The position numbers and the translations under genes are program-made. Under the pieces are notes generated by a model, which did no database searches, was not told where the DNA came from, and saw only the letters and a list, made by a program, of their open reading frames with translations. From Raja brachyura (taxonomy: Eukaryota), in the NCBI GenBank assembly GCA_963514005.1, contig OY740804.1:5022001-5086000 (forward strand): a stretch of 64,000 nt of DNA, given 5' to 3'. Positions 12,996 to 26,099 of the stretch are shown piece by piece. How positions within the stretch are numbered: the stretch's first letter is position 1; each line of letters opens with the position of its first letter.

Positions 12996-13104
12996 AATCT
13001 AAATCTAATACTGAATCGTCAACGACAGTAGCATTTACTTCAAATACAAAAGTAAAATCCGAATACAATCATCAGGAAACCACTGCGCCTAGTTTATCTG
13101 ATGG
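12996..13104 (+). CDS. CD300-like receptor, exon 3 (Ser/Thr-rich stalk)
   Basis: Polypyrimidine tract + AACAG|; ESKSNTESSTTVAFTSNT..TTAPSLSDG; phase-2 donor GG|GTATAA fits the next exon. Confidence 0.75.
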
Positions 13105-14211
13105 GTATAATTTTAACTTGCTCAAGTTTTGATTGGCCTTGCTTTTCAATATGAGAAGTGGAGACACAAGGAACTGTTGATACACCCATAGATACATAGA
13201 TAGATAGATAATAAGTGCAGGAGTAGGCCATTCAACCTTCGAGTCAGCACCGCCATTCAATGTGATCATGGCTGATCATTCACAATTAGTACCCCATTCC
13301 TGCCTTGTCCCCATATCTCTTGATTCCGCTAGCCCTAAGAACTCTATCTAACTCTCTTTTGAATGTATCCAGTGAATCGGCCTGCACTGCCTTCTGAGGC
13401 AAAGAATTCCGCAGATTCACAACTCTCTGGGTGAAAAGATTTTCCTCGTCTCCGTTCTAAATGGCCTATCCCTTATTCTTAAACTGTGGCCCCTGATTCT
13501 GGACTCTCCCAACATCGGGAACACGTTTCCTGCATCTCACGTGTCCAATCCCTTAATAATTTTATATGTGTCTATAAGATTCCCTCTCATCCTTCTAAAT
13601 TCCTGTGAATACAAGCCCAGTCGCTCCATTCTTTCATCATATGACAGCCCCGCCATGCCGGGAATTAACCTCGCTGGATGCTTCAACCTTGAGCACAATA
13701 CAAAGTACTGGAGTAACTCTAGGTTGTCGAGGGTGGAATGGTGGTGCAGCGGTAGAGTTGCTGTCTTACAATGCCAGAGAGGCATAATCAAGGACCACTC
13801 ACCCTGGTCACTCCCTCTTCTCCCCTCTCCCATCAGGCAAGAAGTATGGAGGTTTGAAAACGCACAATTGCAGAGTTAGGGACATTTTCTTCCCAACGGT
13901 TATCAAGTAACTGAACCATCCTCTCACCAGCTAGAGAGCGATCCTCACCTCCCATCTACCTCATTGGAGACTTTCCAACTATCTTTAATCAGACTTTATT
14001 GGAATCTATCTTGCACTCAACATTATACCCTTTATCCGAATCTGTATGCTGTGACAGCTTGATTGTAATCGTGTATAGTCTTTCCGTTGACCGGATAACA
14101 CACAACAAAAAGCTTTCCACTGTACCTCGATACACGTGACAATAATAAACTAAACTAAATTAAAGAAACAACAGTTAATGTTCAAACCAGTGTTAAACTG
14201 GTCAGGACATT

Positions 14212-15055
14212 GACACCCACCACCAGCCACATCTTCCCATCTCCACCCTTTTCTGCTTCCTGCAGAGACCGTTGCCTCTGCATCTCCCTGGTTAACTCAT
14301 CCCTTCTCACCCAAACTACCCCTCCCCAGGTACTTTCACCTGCAGCTGCAGGAGATGCAACACATGTCCATATATCTCCCCCCACGAATCCGTCCAAGGA
14401 CCCTGACAGTTTTTTCAGGTGAGGCAGATGTTCACTTGCCGCTCCTCATCTACAGTTGCAGGTGTGGACTCCTATATATCAGCAAGAACAAGCACAGGCT
14501 TGCCGATCGTTTCACTGACCTCCTTCGCTCAGTCCGCCTAAACCTACCTGATCGCCCAGTGGGAAACACTTTAACTCCCCCTCCCATTCCCACGCTTACA
14601 TTTCTGTCCTGGGCCTCCTCCTTTATCAGAGTGAGGCCCAGCGCAAATTAGGGGCAACAGCACCTCATATTGGGCAGCTTACACCCCAGCTGTATGAATA
14701 TTGACTTCTCCAACTACAAGTAACCTTTGCTTTCTCTGACTCTCCATCCCACTCCTTTTCCAGTACTCCGACCAGTCTGACTGTGCCCGATTATATTTTA
14801 TCGTTGTTTACTTTGTTGTTACTGTCTCCCAGCTAACAATGATCGATTCTACATTTTCCTTGATCACCACCCCCTTTGTTTCATTTTCACACCGTACACT
14901 TCCTTATCTCTGTCTCCCCTTCTCCCCTGAAGAAGGGTCTCAATGCCAAACATCATCCACTCCTTCTCTCCAGAGATGCTGCCTCTCCCGCTGAGTTACT
15001 CCAGCATGTTGTGTCTATCTTTGGTTTAAACCAGCATCTGTAGTTCCTTCCTACA
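14212..15055 (+). mobile_element. Penelope-like element remnant (GIY-YIG C-terminus and 3' repeat)
   Basis: CRCGLLYISKNKHRLADRFTDL resembles the PLE endonuclease; followed by the CTGAAGAAGGGTC repeat. Confidence 0.65.
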
Positions 15056-15770
15056 CTTATTGACTGTCCACTGGTTTTGAACAAGGGGTGTTTCCTTTGT
15101 AAATCTGTAAGCTGTGAGTATTTGTAAACCAATTGGCAGATATATCTGCCACTGACATTGCCACTGGCCAGATCTCACACACAATTAGTTTAGTTGTACT
15201 TTAGTTTCGAGATACAGCATGGAAACAAATCCTTCGTTCCTCCGAGTCCACGCTGTCCATCGATCATCCTTTCATATTAGATCTATGTTATCCCGCTTTT
15301 CCATCCACTCGCTACAAATTAAGGGCAATTTACCAAGGCCAATTAACCCACAAACCCGCACGTTTTTGTGATAAGGGAGAAAACCGGAGCAACTGGAGTA
15401 AACCCACTTCATCACAGGGAGAATATGAAAACTCCTTACAGACAGCACCTGTCGTCTGGATTGAACCTGGGTCTCTGGTGCTGTAAGGCAGCAACTCCAT
15501 GCTGCCCTACTGTTGGGTTGAGTTGGGTTTATTCTTTATCCAACATAAACAATCATTGGTCATTATCGCACTGCTGTTTGTGGAACTTGCTGTGGGCAGA
15601 TTGGCTTTGGTGTTTACCACATTACAGCAATATCTGCACTCCATTCACTGGGCTTGACTTATCCTGAACTCATGAAAGATACCTTGCAGATGTTAGACTT
15701 TTGTTCTTTCCCAAAGGATAAGAATCAATGATGAAACACGTGTAACCTTTTTGCTTTTTCTGCCCCATAG

Positions 15771-15856
15771 ACACATAATTTGGCTCAGTATTGCTGGAGT
15801 TCTTCTCGTGGTGATCGTTGCTGGTCTACTTTGGTGCCTAACGTGTAGACAAAGGA
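15771..15856 (+). CDS. CD300-like receptor, exon 4 (transmembrane, no charged residue)
   Basis: CCCCATAG|; HIIWLSIAGVLLVVIVAGLLWCLTCRQR; phase-1 donor A|GTGAGT. Confidence 0.88.
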
Positions 15857-18214
15857 GTGAGTTTCTATGTTTCCTTCATCCTTTCATGATGTATGTGATA
15901 GTTTCCTGCAGAGAGAGAGGGAGATACAACACGGAAACAGGCCCTTTGGCTCATCGACTTCATGTTGACTATCAACCATCTCTTTATTCTAGTCCAACAA
16001 TAATCTTATCCAGTCTGAAGAAGGGACATCCTGGCCTGAAATGTCACCCACCCTTTTCGTCCAGAGATGCTGCCTGATCCACTGAGTTATTACTTTGTAT
16101 CTATTTTTGGAGTAAACTAGCATTCTTAACAGTCATTCCTAAGCGTCACTATTTGTCATTGTCACTTGCGGGCGGAGCACCAAGGCAAATTCCTTGTATG
16201 TGAATACTTGGCCAATAAACTTATTCATTCATTCGTTCATCTGCAGGTCCTTTCCACACACTAATCTTATCCTACTTTGTTCTCTCCATGTTGTTATCAA
16301 TTCCCCCAAGATTCTACCCCTCGCCTACACACTAGGGGCAATTTACAGTGGGCAAGTAACCTACAGGCGTGCATGTCTTTAGGATGTAGGGGGAAACCGG
16401 AGCACCCGGAGGTAACCCACGCAGTTACAGGGGGAACAGGTAATCTCCATGCAGGCAGCACTCGAGGTGAGGATTGAACCCGAGTCTCTTGCACTGTGAG
16501 GCAGCAGCTCTACAGGCTGTGGTACTGTGCCAGCCTATGTTAAGTGATTGTAGTCGGTTCTTGTGAACCAAGACCCAGAGTTGAGGTGTTTTTATTTAGT
16601 TATATGTAGCACAGAAGAACAATGTAACTGCCAGGTGACAAGGGTAATATTTAATAGGAACCTGAGAGGCAACGTTTTGGAAGATGAGGGGGAACGTTTT
16701 GGAACGAGCTGCCAGAGGAGGTAGTTGAGGCAAGTCCTACAACTACATTTAAAATACATTTGGACAGGTAAATCAATAGGAATGGTTTGTGTGGGAAGGA
16801 ACTGCAGATGCTGGTTGAAACCGAAGATAAACACAAACAGCTGGAGTAACTCAGCGGGTCAGACGGCATCTCTGGAGAAAAGGAATAGGTGACTTCTCGA
16901 CTCTAAACATCACCTAGTCCTTTTCTCCAGAGATGCTATCTGGCCCACCGAGTTACTCCAGCTTTTTGTCTCCATCTTCAATAGGAATGGTTTGGTGGGA
17001 TATGGGCCAAAAGTGAGCAGGTCGGGCTAGTGTAAATTGAGCAATTTGGTTGGCATGGGCAAGTTGGGGAAAGGGCCGCTTTCTATGCGTTTGAGTCTTA
17101 GTTCTAGTCCATGGCACTAGAACGAAGAGGTTGAGGAGACGTAAGATTTACCTTCATCCCACCCTCCCAGTTATCAAAAACTGGACTTTGGCAAATTAGC
17201 TAAGATAAACACATAATGCTGTAGTAAAACACAGGTCAGGTGGCATCTCTGGAGAAGAAGGAATGTTGAAGTTTCGGTTTGGGACCCTTCTTCATTCTGA
17301 GTTACTCCAGCACTTTGTGCCTATCTTCGGTAAATGTCAGCATCTGCAGTTCCTTTCTACACATCTCAGTAAATTAGCTGTTGTGTTTGAAAGTGTGGAT
17401 TAGGATTTCTCAATAATCTGCTGTAGTTAGTCATATACAGCACCGGGCCTGTACTCACTGGAGTTTAGAAGGATGAGGTGAACCTCATTGAAACTTACGG
17501 AATATAGAAAGGATGAGATAGAACGGATGTGGAGAGGTTTGTTCTACTTGTGGGAGAGACTAGGACCAGAGGGCATAGCCTCAGATAAAAAGGTGGAATG
17601 ATAGAAATGAGTGGAGGATGAATTTCTTTAGCCAGAGGGTGGTGAATCACGTGGAATTTATTGTCACAGACAGCTGTGGAGATCAGGTCATTGAGTATTT
17701 AAAGCATAGATTGATGGGTTCTTGATTAATGATCGAATCAATCGTGGGTGTTCACTTTTTACCTCTCAACTCCATTCTCCTGCCATCTCCCCATAAACTT
17801 GGAAGCCCCTACTAATCAAGAAGGGTTGTATCTGATCCTTTTTGAACTTTCAGTGCAGTAACCTGACCAGAATTGTGCTGCTTGCGTTGAATTGGGCCTG
17901 TGGTTCTCATGAATCAAAGAGTAGGAAGGAACTGCAGATGCTGGTTATACACCAAAGATAGACTCAAGATGCTGGAGTAAATCAGCGGGACAGGCATCTC
18001 TGGAGAGAACGGTCTGAGGATGGGTCTCAACCTGAAACGTCATCAATTCCTTCTCTCCAGAGTTCTGCCTGTTCCGCTGAGTTACACCAGCATTTTGTGT
18101 CCATCTTCAGTTTAAGCCAGCATCTGCAGTTCCTTCCTACTCTATATGCAGCAAGATGGTTGATTAAAAATGTCCCTGACATGCTCCTTTCAATGTTAAC
18201 ATTGTGTTTTCCAG

Positions 18215-18261
18215 AATCAGAGGGGAACAAACCTCCCAGAGCATATAACAGTGAAATGCAG
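18215..18261 (+). CDS. CD300-like receptor, exon 5 (juxtamembrane cytoplasmic)
   Basis: TTTTCCAG|; KSEGNKPPRAYNSEMQ; donor CAG|GTAAAG. Phases 1 and 0 link exons 4 and 6. Confidence 0.72.
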
Positions 18262-18582
18262 GTAAAGACGGCACAGTGTGAATTCTCCGAGTACTTGAGA
18301 ACTTACAAAATTCTGTAATTCAACGTCACTAATCTGCTTCAATGATTCTATGGTTCCTTTATTATCAAATGTGTCAAGGTCCATCAAGATTATTTTATGC
18401 ATACAGATCAGATGATTATTTCAAAGGAACGGAGTACTAATTATGGATGATCTGCCATGATCACAGTGAATGGCGGTGCTGACTCGAAGGGCCGAATGGC
18501 CTACCCCTGCACCTATTGTCTATTGCCCATGGAAACATAATGTGTATATCATGCATAGAAACCCACTGAGTCTATATGCACC

Positions 18583-19873
18583 AATAGTAAGATTAAATGA
18601 GAACTTACCAGTTTGAAGTTTGATCTTGATTTTATGAGGAGCTACGTTGGTGATTACGTGAAGAACCCCGCCAGTGCGCATGCGCGTCAATCTTCAAAGC
18701 AGCGGTATGAAATCACAAATAACAATTCCCGAAGTGACATAGTAAGATGAGTGACTCGAGAACTACCAGATGATCTTTATGAGAGAGGGTTGGGTGTGGA
18801 GGGCATCCTCATAAAATCAAGATCAAATTTCAAACTGGTAAGTTCTCTTTTAATCTTACTATTTTACTTCGGAGTCAAGAGAGTGATTCCGTGAAGGGTT
18901 AGAAGCTTTGTGATTTCATGCCGCAGATCCAAATCTCGGTGTCTCACTGCATTGATTGACTCAGGATGAGTGAATAATCAAAAAATACATCAAGCATGAT
19001 ATTAATTCAAATGTATTAATGGTTTACGTTAATAAAGAAATCAATAGCAACCCCTGTATCTCAGGGGAGGCTAAAGTGGATGCAAAACAGAATGGGCAAA
19101 AAACCCCGGGTCAGTAACCGGCCAATGGTAAAAAAAAAATAAAATCAATTCAGTTGACCATCCTGCGGTCGTGAGGATATGGTCGATGGGAATGCCCATG
19201 TCCATTGCCCTGGCCACTGACGTTGATGCTGCCCTGGTGGAATGAGATGTACAATCGTCAGCGTTAATACCTGCATAAACCAGAACCTGCTGCAGCGACC
19301 TTGAAATAGTCTGAACCAACCTTCCCTTGTGTGGTTGTTTGTCGATTAATAAACAATGCTGATTCCACACTTCTTAGGATTCTGGTGGCCTTGATTTAAT
19401 ATAGCAAGCCTGCCCTCCCACATAGACGTGAAACCGTGGGGTAGCCGAAAATGATCTTAAATCCTGCCACCCCTGGTCTGCTCTGTTTGTGTAGATCAGA
19501 ATGTAAAATGTAATGGCACCTGCAGCCAATTCCATCCTATCTCGCCACAGCGTTTGCAATGTTTGCTCTCGTTGTGCTGATATTAGTGTCATGACTAAGG
19601 ATGTAGCTGGAACCCCCTGGTGAAGTAATGTTAACACATTTTCAATATCCAAACTGCATATTCTTGTATTGGGAGAACTTGTGTCAAGATCTCTTTTACA
19701 ACACAATATCCGGGGTTGAACCCGACAGAGTGGTTCCTGTTTGTTGCAGCTGTAGTGGCTCTATAACTGAATTATTGTCAAATACCATTTAAGAATGAAC
19801 TGGAAGACGTCAGTAATCTGTATCGTCTTAAATGTAACATTAACATTTAAACAAAACCGCTTCCGATCCCCTC
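18583..19873 (-). mobile_element. Second DIRS1-type remnant (3' ITR, ICR, YR) in intron 5 of the receptor gene
   Basis: Terminus AATAGTAAGATTAAATGAGAACTTACC is similar to 1568 onward; inverted ICR at 18807-18876; YR motif SHSTRAASTS..ILTTAGWS in ORF 19071-19370. Confidence 0.85.
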
Positions 19874-20224
19874 AGTAGGAATGTATTGCTTTTTTGGATG
19901 CCACCTGCCTGAGATTGGCCCACATTCCTCCAAACATCCTATCCATGTACCTATCTAAATGTTTCTTAAACATTGCGACAGTCCCTGCCTCAACTACCTT
20001 CTCCAGCAGCTCGTTCCATACAACCACCACACATTGTGTAAAAAAGTTACCCTTCGGATTCCTATTAAATCTTTCCCCCTCATCATAAACCAATATCATC
20101 TGGTTCTCTACCCGATCTTTTCCTCTCAAGATGTTACACCTCTATAAGATCACCCCTCATCCTCCTACGCTCCAAGGAATAATGTCCTAGCCTGCTCAAC
20201 CTCAACCTCTCTTTTGTATTTCAG

Positions 20225-20503
20225 GAATTGCCAACCGGAAAAGGGAGCATCGTTTATGCAACACTGTCAGACATTCAAGGCAACAAGGAAGCTGCCCATT
20301 GTTCTAATCAATATCAAACTGTGTATGCAGGAGTGGAATTTCAAAGCAAATCCACAGGGACTCACTCCGCTACTGGGGAGGATAATGTCACCTATTCAGA
20401 TGTTACATCTCAAAGCGTCAGCCAAATTGCCCGTCAGAACGTCCCTTCTCCTCACAATCCACAGAACACTGTGCAGGGTATTTATGCCACTGTGACTCAT
20501 TGA
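20225..20503 (+). CDS. CD300-like receptor, exon 6 (tail with ITIM/ITSM-type motifs, stop)
   Basis: TATTTCAG|GAA; IVYATL, TVYAGV, VTYSDV, GIYATV; TGA at 20501-20503. Joined CDS is 894 nt = 297 aa + stop. Confidence 0.85.
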   Translation, partial: ELPTGKGSIVYATLSDIQGNKEAAHCSNQYQTVYAGVEFQSKSTGTHSATGEDNVTYSDVTSQSVSQIARQNVPSPHNPQNTVQGIYATVTH

Positions 20504-21421
20504 GTAATTGATTGATTGATTGGTACTTTATTACCACATGTGACATGTCAGAGTGATATTTCTTTTGTTTTGTGTACCATAAACAAGGTATACAAAGAGT
20601 CACTATGTATAGGACGCCGACAGTTACAAAGTATTCATTACAGTCCCTATTGGTCCCCCTTTGTTCTCGGTTCCCCCACCCCCCCCACACCAGGTCCCCC
20701 CCCACGGCATGTCCCCCTTTGTTAACACACACCCACCCCACGCTAGGTCCGCTATGTTCTCGTCAGCCCCATACCTGGACCAGTGTTGTTTGTTGCCCCA
20801 TCTTTGCGCCATGTTTGCATTGAGCTTTCTCTGCTGTAATCGACACATCTACTTACTTTGAAGAAGGGTCTCGACCTGAAATGTCACCCATTTCTTCTCT
20901 CCAGAGATGCTGCCTGACCTGCTAAGTTATTCCAGAACTTTGCCTCTTTTTTTTGCAAACCAGCTTCTGCAGTTCCTCATTTTTCCACTCCCTTCCCTGT
21001 TACCAATGATCAGCAATTGCCATTAAATTGTTGAATCTGGGTCAGCTATGCAAATAGCAGCCATTTTGCTCAATGCATTGAATGATGTCGTCTCCTTTCT
21101 CACACCCATCACCAACATAGACTGGGAGGAGTTATGTTACAGTGCAAACATCTTCTCTCTACAACTAAAGGTTGTGGGTTCAAATCTCATCACAGCATCT
21201 GAGCAAGTAACCCACTTGAACACTTGAGTGCAGAATGAGTGAGTGTATCGATCCACAAGGCACCCCCTGCATCGCAGGAGACACAAAAAAAAGGAAACAA
21301 AAGTTGGAGATGGCAAATATTGTGTATTGAAGATGATGAATGTGTACTTGCACAGAGAATGTTTCTTCTTCCAGGAAAAGCCACGCTGAGATCATGTTAA
21401 ATATTGAGATTAATAAGACGC

Positions 21422-21427
21422 AATAAA
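21422..21427 (+). terminator. Candidate polyadenylation signal of the receptor gene
   Basis: AATAAA followed by a T-rich tract about 0.9 kb after the stop. Confidence 0.35.
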
Positions 21428-21469
21428 GCTTTTTTTTTCTCTTCACATGATAATATTTGACTCAAGATT

Positions 21470-24400
21470 CAAGGGTGTTTTATTGTCATATGTCCCGAAA
21501 TAGAACAATAACATTCTTACTTGCAGCAGCACAACAGGTTTGTAAACACAGTTTCAGAGTCAGTTTCAGTTTAGTTTATTGTCATATGTACTGAGGTACA
21601 GTGAAAAGGTTTTGTTGTGTGCTAACCAGTCAGCAGAAAGACAATACATGCTTACAATTGAGCCATTACAGTGTACAGACACATGATAAGGGAATAACAT
21701 TTAGTGCTAGGTTAAGCCAACAAGTGCTCAATGGATAAAATAACAAGCAAACAAAACAATAAGTTCAACAAATTGAAAAAAAAAAAAAGCCTATTGAGAT
21801 CCATATTCAAACCACTCCAAAAGCCCTGGGTTATGAGCTACACGACAGGGTGAGCTATGAAGAGGATATAGAGAATCATTGTGGGATGCAGTTGGGTTAA
21901 GTGAATGCACAAGGATGTGGGAAATGCAACATATGAGACAGCAGGTGAAGAAAGCAGAAATGCTGAACGGTTTTATAAACGGCAAGAGATTGAAATGTCT
22001 TCATGTTTAGTTTAGAGATACAGTGGAAACAGGCCCTTCGGCCCACTGAGTCTGCACCACCAGCAATTAACACTACCCTACACACACTGGGGCCAATTTA
22101 CAATTTTACCAAGCCAATTATCCTGCACCTGTATGTCGTTGCGGAAAGGAGTAAACTGGAGATCTCGAAAAGCAACATGGTCACGGGGAGAACGTATACT
22201 ACATACTCTATACAGACAGCACCCGTAGCCGGGATCGAACCTGGGTCTCTGGCACTATAGGCGGTGTAAGGCAGCAACTCCACTGCTGCGCCACCGTGCT
22301 GTGGAGCAGAAGGGCCCAGATATCCCTGTATATGAATTATTGAAAGTTGACCAAGAGTGCAGATATTAGACAGGCAAACAAACAGCATGTGGGTAATTGT
22401 TGCAAAAAATTTGAGTGCAAGTATATTGACACTTTGGTTCAATGATATAGGGTTCTGTTGAGACTGTGTCTGGAATGTTTTATAGGTCTGGTCTCTATAC
22501 TTAATGATGGATATACTTGCAAATAGTGCAGTCACGATTCTACAGAGCTGCTGCCTCACAGCACCAGAGGCCCAGGTTCAATCCTGACTATAGGTTCTGT
22601 CTGTGAAGAGTTTGCACATTCTCCCTGTGACTGTGTGGGTTTTCTCTGTGTGCTCTGGTTTCCTCCCACATTCCAACGTTTTGTAGGTTGATTGGTTTCT
22701 ATAAATTCTCCCCAGTGTGTAAGATATGAAAGGGATCACATAGAACTAATATAAGGGTGAAAGATGGTCAGCATAGACTCGGGTGGACCAAAGAGCAGGT
22801 TTCAAAACTGTATTAAAAATAAACTAAAAATTCAGCAGTCTATACTCTGAAGAAGAAGGGTCTTGACCCAAAACATATTTTGGTCTCCAAATCTGAGGAA
22901 AGACATCCTTGCAATAGAGGGGGTACAGAGAAGATTCACCAGACTGATTCCTGGGATGTCAGGACTTTCATATGAGGAAAGATTGGATAGACTCGGCTTG
23001 TACTTTTCAGAAAAAAGTACAGGTCTTTTCAGAATGGCAGGCAGTGACTAGTGGGGTGCCGCAAGGCTCAGTGCTGGGACCCCAGCTATTTACAATATAT
23101 ATTAATGATTTGGACGAGGGAATTCAATGCAACATCTCCAAATTTGCAGATGATACCAAGCTGGGGGGTATAGTTAGGTGTGAGGAGGATGCTTGGAGGC
23201 TGCAGGGTGATTTGGATAGGCTGAGTGAATGGGCAGATGCATGGCAGATGCAGTACAATGTGGATAAATGTGAGGTTATCCACTTTGGTGGCAAAAACAT
23301 GAGGGTAGACTATTATCTGAATGGTGGCAGATTAGGTAAGGGGGAGATGCAACGAGACCTGGGTGTCATGGTACACCAGTCATTGAAAGTAGGCATGCAG
23401 GTGCAGCAGGCAGTGAAGAAAGCAAATGGTATGTTAGCATTCATAGCGAAAGGATTTGAGTATAGGAGCAGGGAGGTTCTACTGCAGTTGTACAGGGTTT
23501 TGGTGAGGCCACACCTGGAGTACTGCGTACAGTTTTGGTCTCCAAATCTGAGGAAAGACATCCTTGCCATAGAGGGGGTACAGAGAAGATTCACCAGACT
23601 GATTCCTGGGATGTCAGGACTTTCATATGAGGAAAGATTGGATAGACTCGGTTTGTACTCGATGGAATTTAGAAGATTGAGGGGGGATCTTATAGAAACC
23701 TACAAAATTCTTAAGGGGTTGGACAAGCTAGATGCTGGAAGATTGTTCCCGATGTTGGGGGAGTCCAGAACAAGGGGTCACAGTCTAAGGATAAGGGGGA
23801 ATTCCTTTAGGACCGAAATGAGGAAAACATTCTTTACACAGAGAGTGGTGAGTCTCTGGAATTCTCTGCCACAGAAGGTAGTTGAGGCCAGTTCATTGGC
23901 TATATTTAAGAGGGCGTTAGATGTGGCACTTGTGGCTAAAGGGATCGGGGGTATGGAGAGAAGGCAGGTACGGGATACTGAGTTGGATGATCAGCCATGA
24001 TCACATTGAATGGCGGTGCAGGCTCGAAGGGCCGAATGGCCTACTCCTGCACCTATTTTTCTATGTTTCTATGTTTCTATATCCCTATTCCTTTTCTCCG
24101 GAGATGCTGCCTGACAAGCTAAGTTACTCCAGCTTTTTGCGGCTAATTTTGTGGAGATGCTACTGCTTGTGCATCTGCCTCATAGGTCCAATCTTCTGGG
24201 TTCAATTCCAAACTTCATTGCTTTCTTGTTTTTTAATAAATATTTTTATTGAAGGAAAGATACAATGCAGCTGACGTAATGCATTACATTTCCCTCCACT
24301 TTGTTTTTAATATATAACAACAAAGTTACCCTCACCCACCCTCCCTGAACACCCCTTGGCAGCGGATGTGTTCACAATGCAACATATCACAAATAGAAAT

Positions 24401-26067
24401 GCACATTTTGACAGCAATTCCTCAACATTCTTCCAAGACGCAGGCGCATACATACCCACAACATGTCAGATGGTTCAGAATACACTCATTCATTATGCAT
24501 CAACTGTCCTGTGAGGTAATCAACATTTGTGCAAATTAAAATCAGTAAATAAATAAAATTAAAACATAAATTAAGGCAGATCCCCAACTACAATCAAGTG
24601 CCCTCAGTCAGTGGGTAGTTCTTTTAGACTCTTAAAGTATGACAAAAAAGATTCCCATTTCAACTTCATTGCTTTCTGTGATGGGTTTGCATGTTCTCCC
24701 TGTGACAGCATTGTTATCCTCTGGATTCTCCAGTGTCCTCCCACACCCCAGAGCATGTTAGGTGGTAGGATAACTGGCAACTGTAACATGCAATGTGAAG
24801 GGATGTAGGTTGGGGAACAGATTAATTGGATTGCTTCAAGAGCTGGTATAGAATCGATAGGCCTAATGTGCTCTAAATATTAATAGGGTTTGACACAGTA
24901 GCTACAGAGATGAAGCTTCCCCTGTTTATAAGGTGCGTTTGACTCAAAGTATGAGGTCAGTCATTCAAGAATGGGACAAGAAGAAGCCTCTTTACAAAGA
25001 ACATGGTGAATCCTCAAAGTTCTCTCACAAAGCCAGCAAGACTCAATCACAGTAAAAAATTAATATTTTTATTAGAAATTATAGGAAACAAGGGATATGG
25101 AATCAGTTCACAAAAGTGGTGCTGTGTCAGCCATGATGCTTTGAGTGGCGGAGTAGATACCAAGAACGAAATGATCTACTGAAGATAGACACAAAATGTT
25201 GGAATAACTTAGCGGGTCAGGCAGCATCACTGAAGATAGGTGACATTTTTGGTTGAGTCCCTTCTTCAGACTATACTCTTGCTGTATGTTGTGTTCAAAC
25301 TATGAGCACTGCATGGTATGATGTTTGGCACAGTGCTGTTATCTTAGTTGAATGTTGCTTCGAACAACAAAGGAAGTTAGATTAGATGCTCTGTTTTGTT
25401 AACAGCAAAACAGAGAAGAGGCCCCCAGAGCCTATAAATTGACAGATTTTTCTCCATCTCCCTGCGGCACAGTGGCGCAGCTGGTAGAGCTGCTGCCTCA
25501 CATCGCCAGAGACCCGGGATCCATAAATCTCTCAGCTACATTGTCAGACATGATTTCAATTTCATAAATGCACCATAACCCAATTGCTTGCTAAGATCAC
25601 ATTAACTTTTCCTTGAAAGAATTTACAGAAGTGAGATGCTAAAATAATCTATTTTGGATTTTCCCATGCGGAGTGTCTCACTTCCCTGTTTTTCTTTGTG
25701 AGAAAATATATTGAAGGCATTCAAAACACGTCTCCTCCCAGAGGTCCTTACTAATTGAATTTGCCGGACCTAATGAGTGTTGAACGCAGAAAAAAATCAT
25801 TTGATGACCACTATTCGTCCTTTACTGATTGTGTGTCCAATCATACACCTACTGTACCAGCGTCAAGACACAACTCCAAGCGATGCTTTCAAGTGATTAA
25901 TAATTCTTATCGCAACATAGGCTGCCTTTAAAGGCAGCAATCTGCCTTGAAATAGAGTAAAGTGAGATATAATGACTTCATTATTTTCTTTGTCCTTTAT
26001 TAACAGTGTCCGATTGTATACGAACCTCCCTTCCAGGGACGCCATCTACACTACACGCTGCCTTGGC
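21470..26067. repeat. Local segmental duplication, unit A
   Basis: Colinear with 26100-29082 (shared unique and repeat sequence); carries extra insertions at about 22876-24080 and 24230-24660. Confidence 0.8.
22876..24080 (+). mobile_element. 5'-truncated CR1 LINE with (CTATGTTT)n tail
   Basis: ORF 22972-24000: GVPQGSVLGP, FADD and the full CR1 C-terminus. Absent at the matching site of unit B. Confidence 0.92.
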
Positions 26068-26099
26068 ACTTCACTTGCGATAATTTTTTACTCGAAAGT

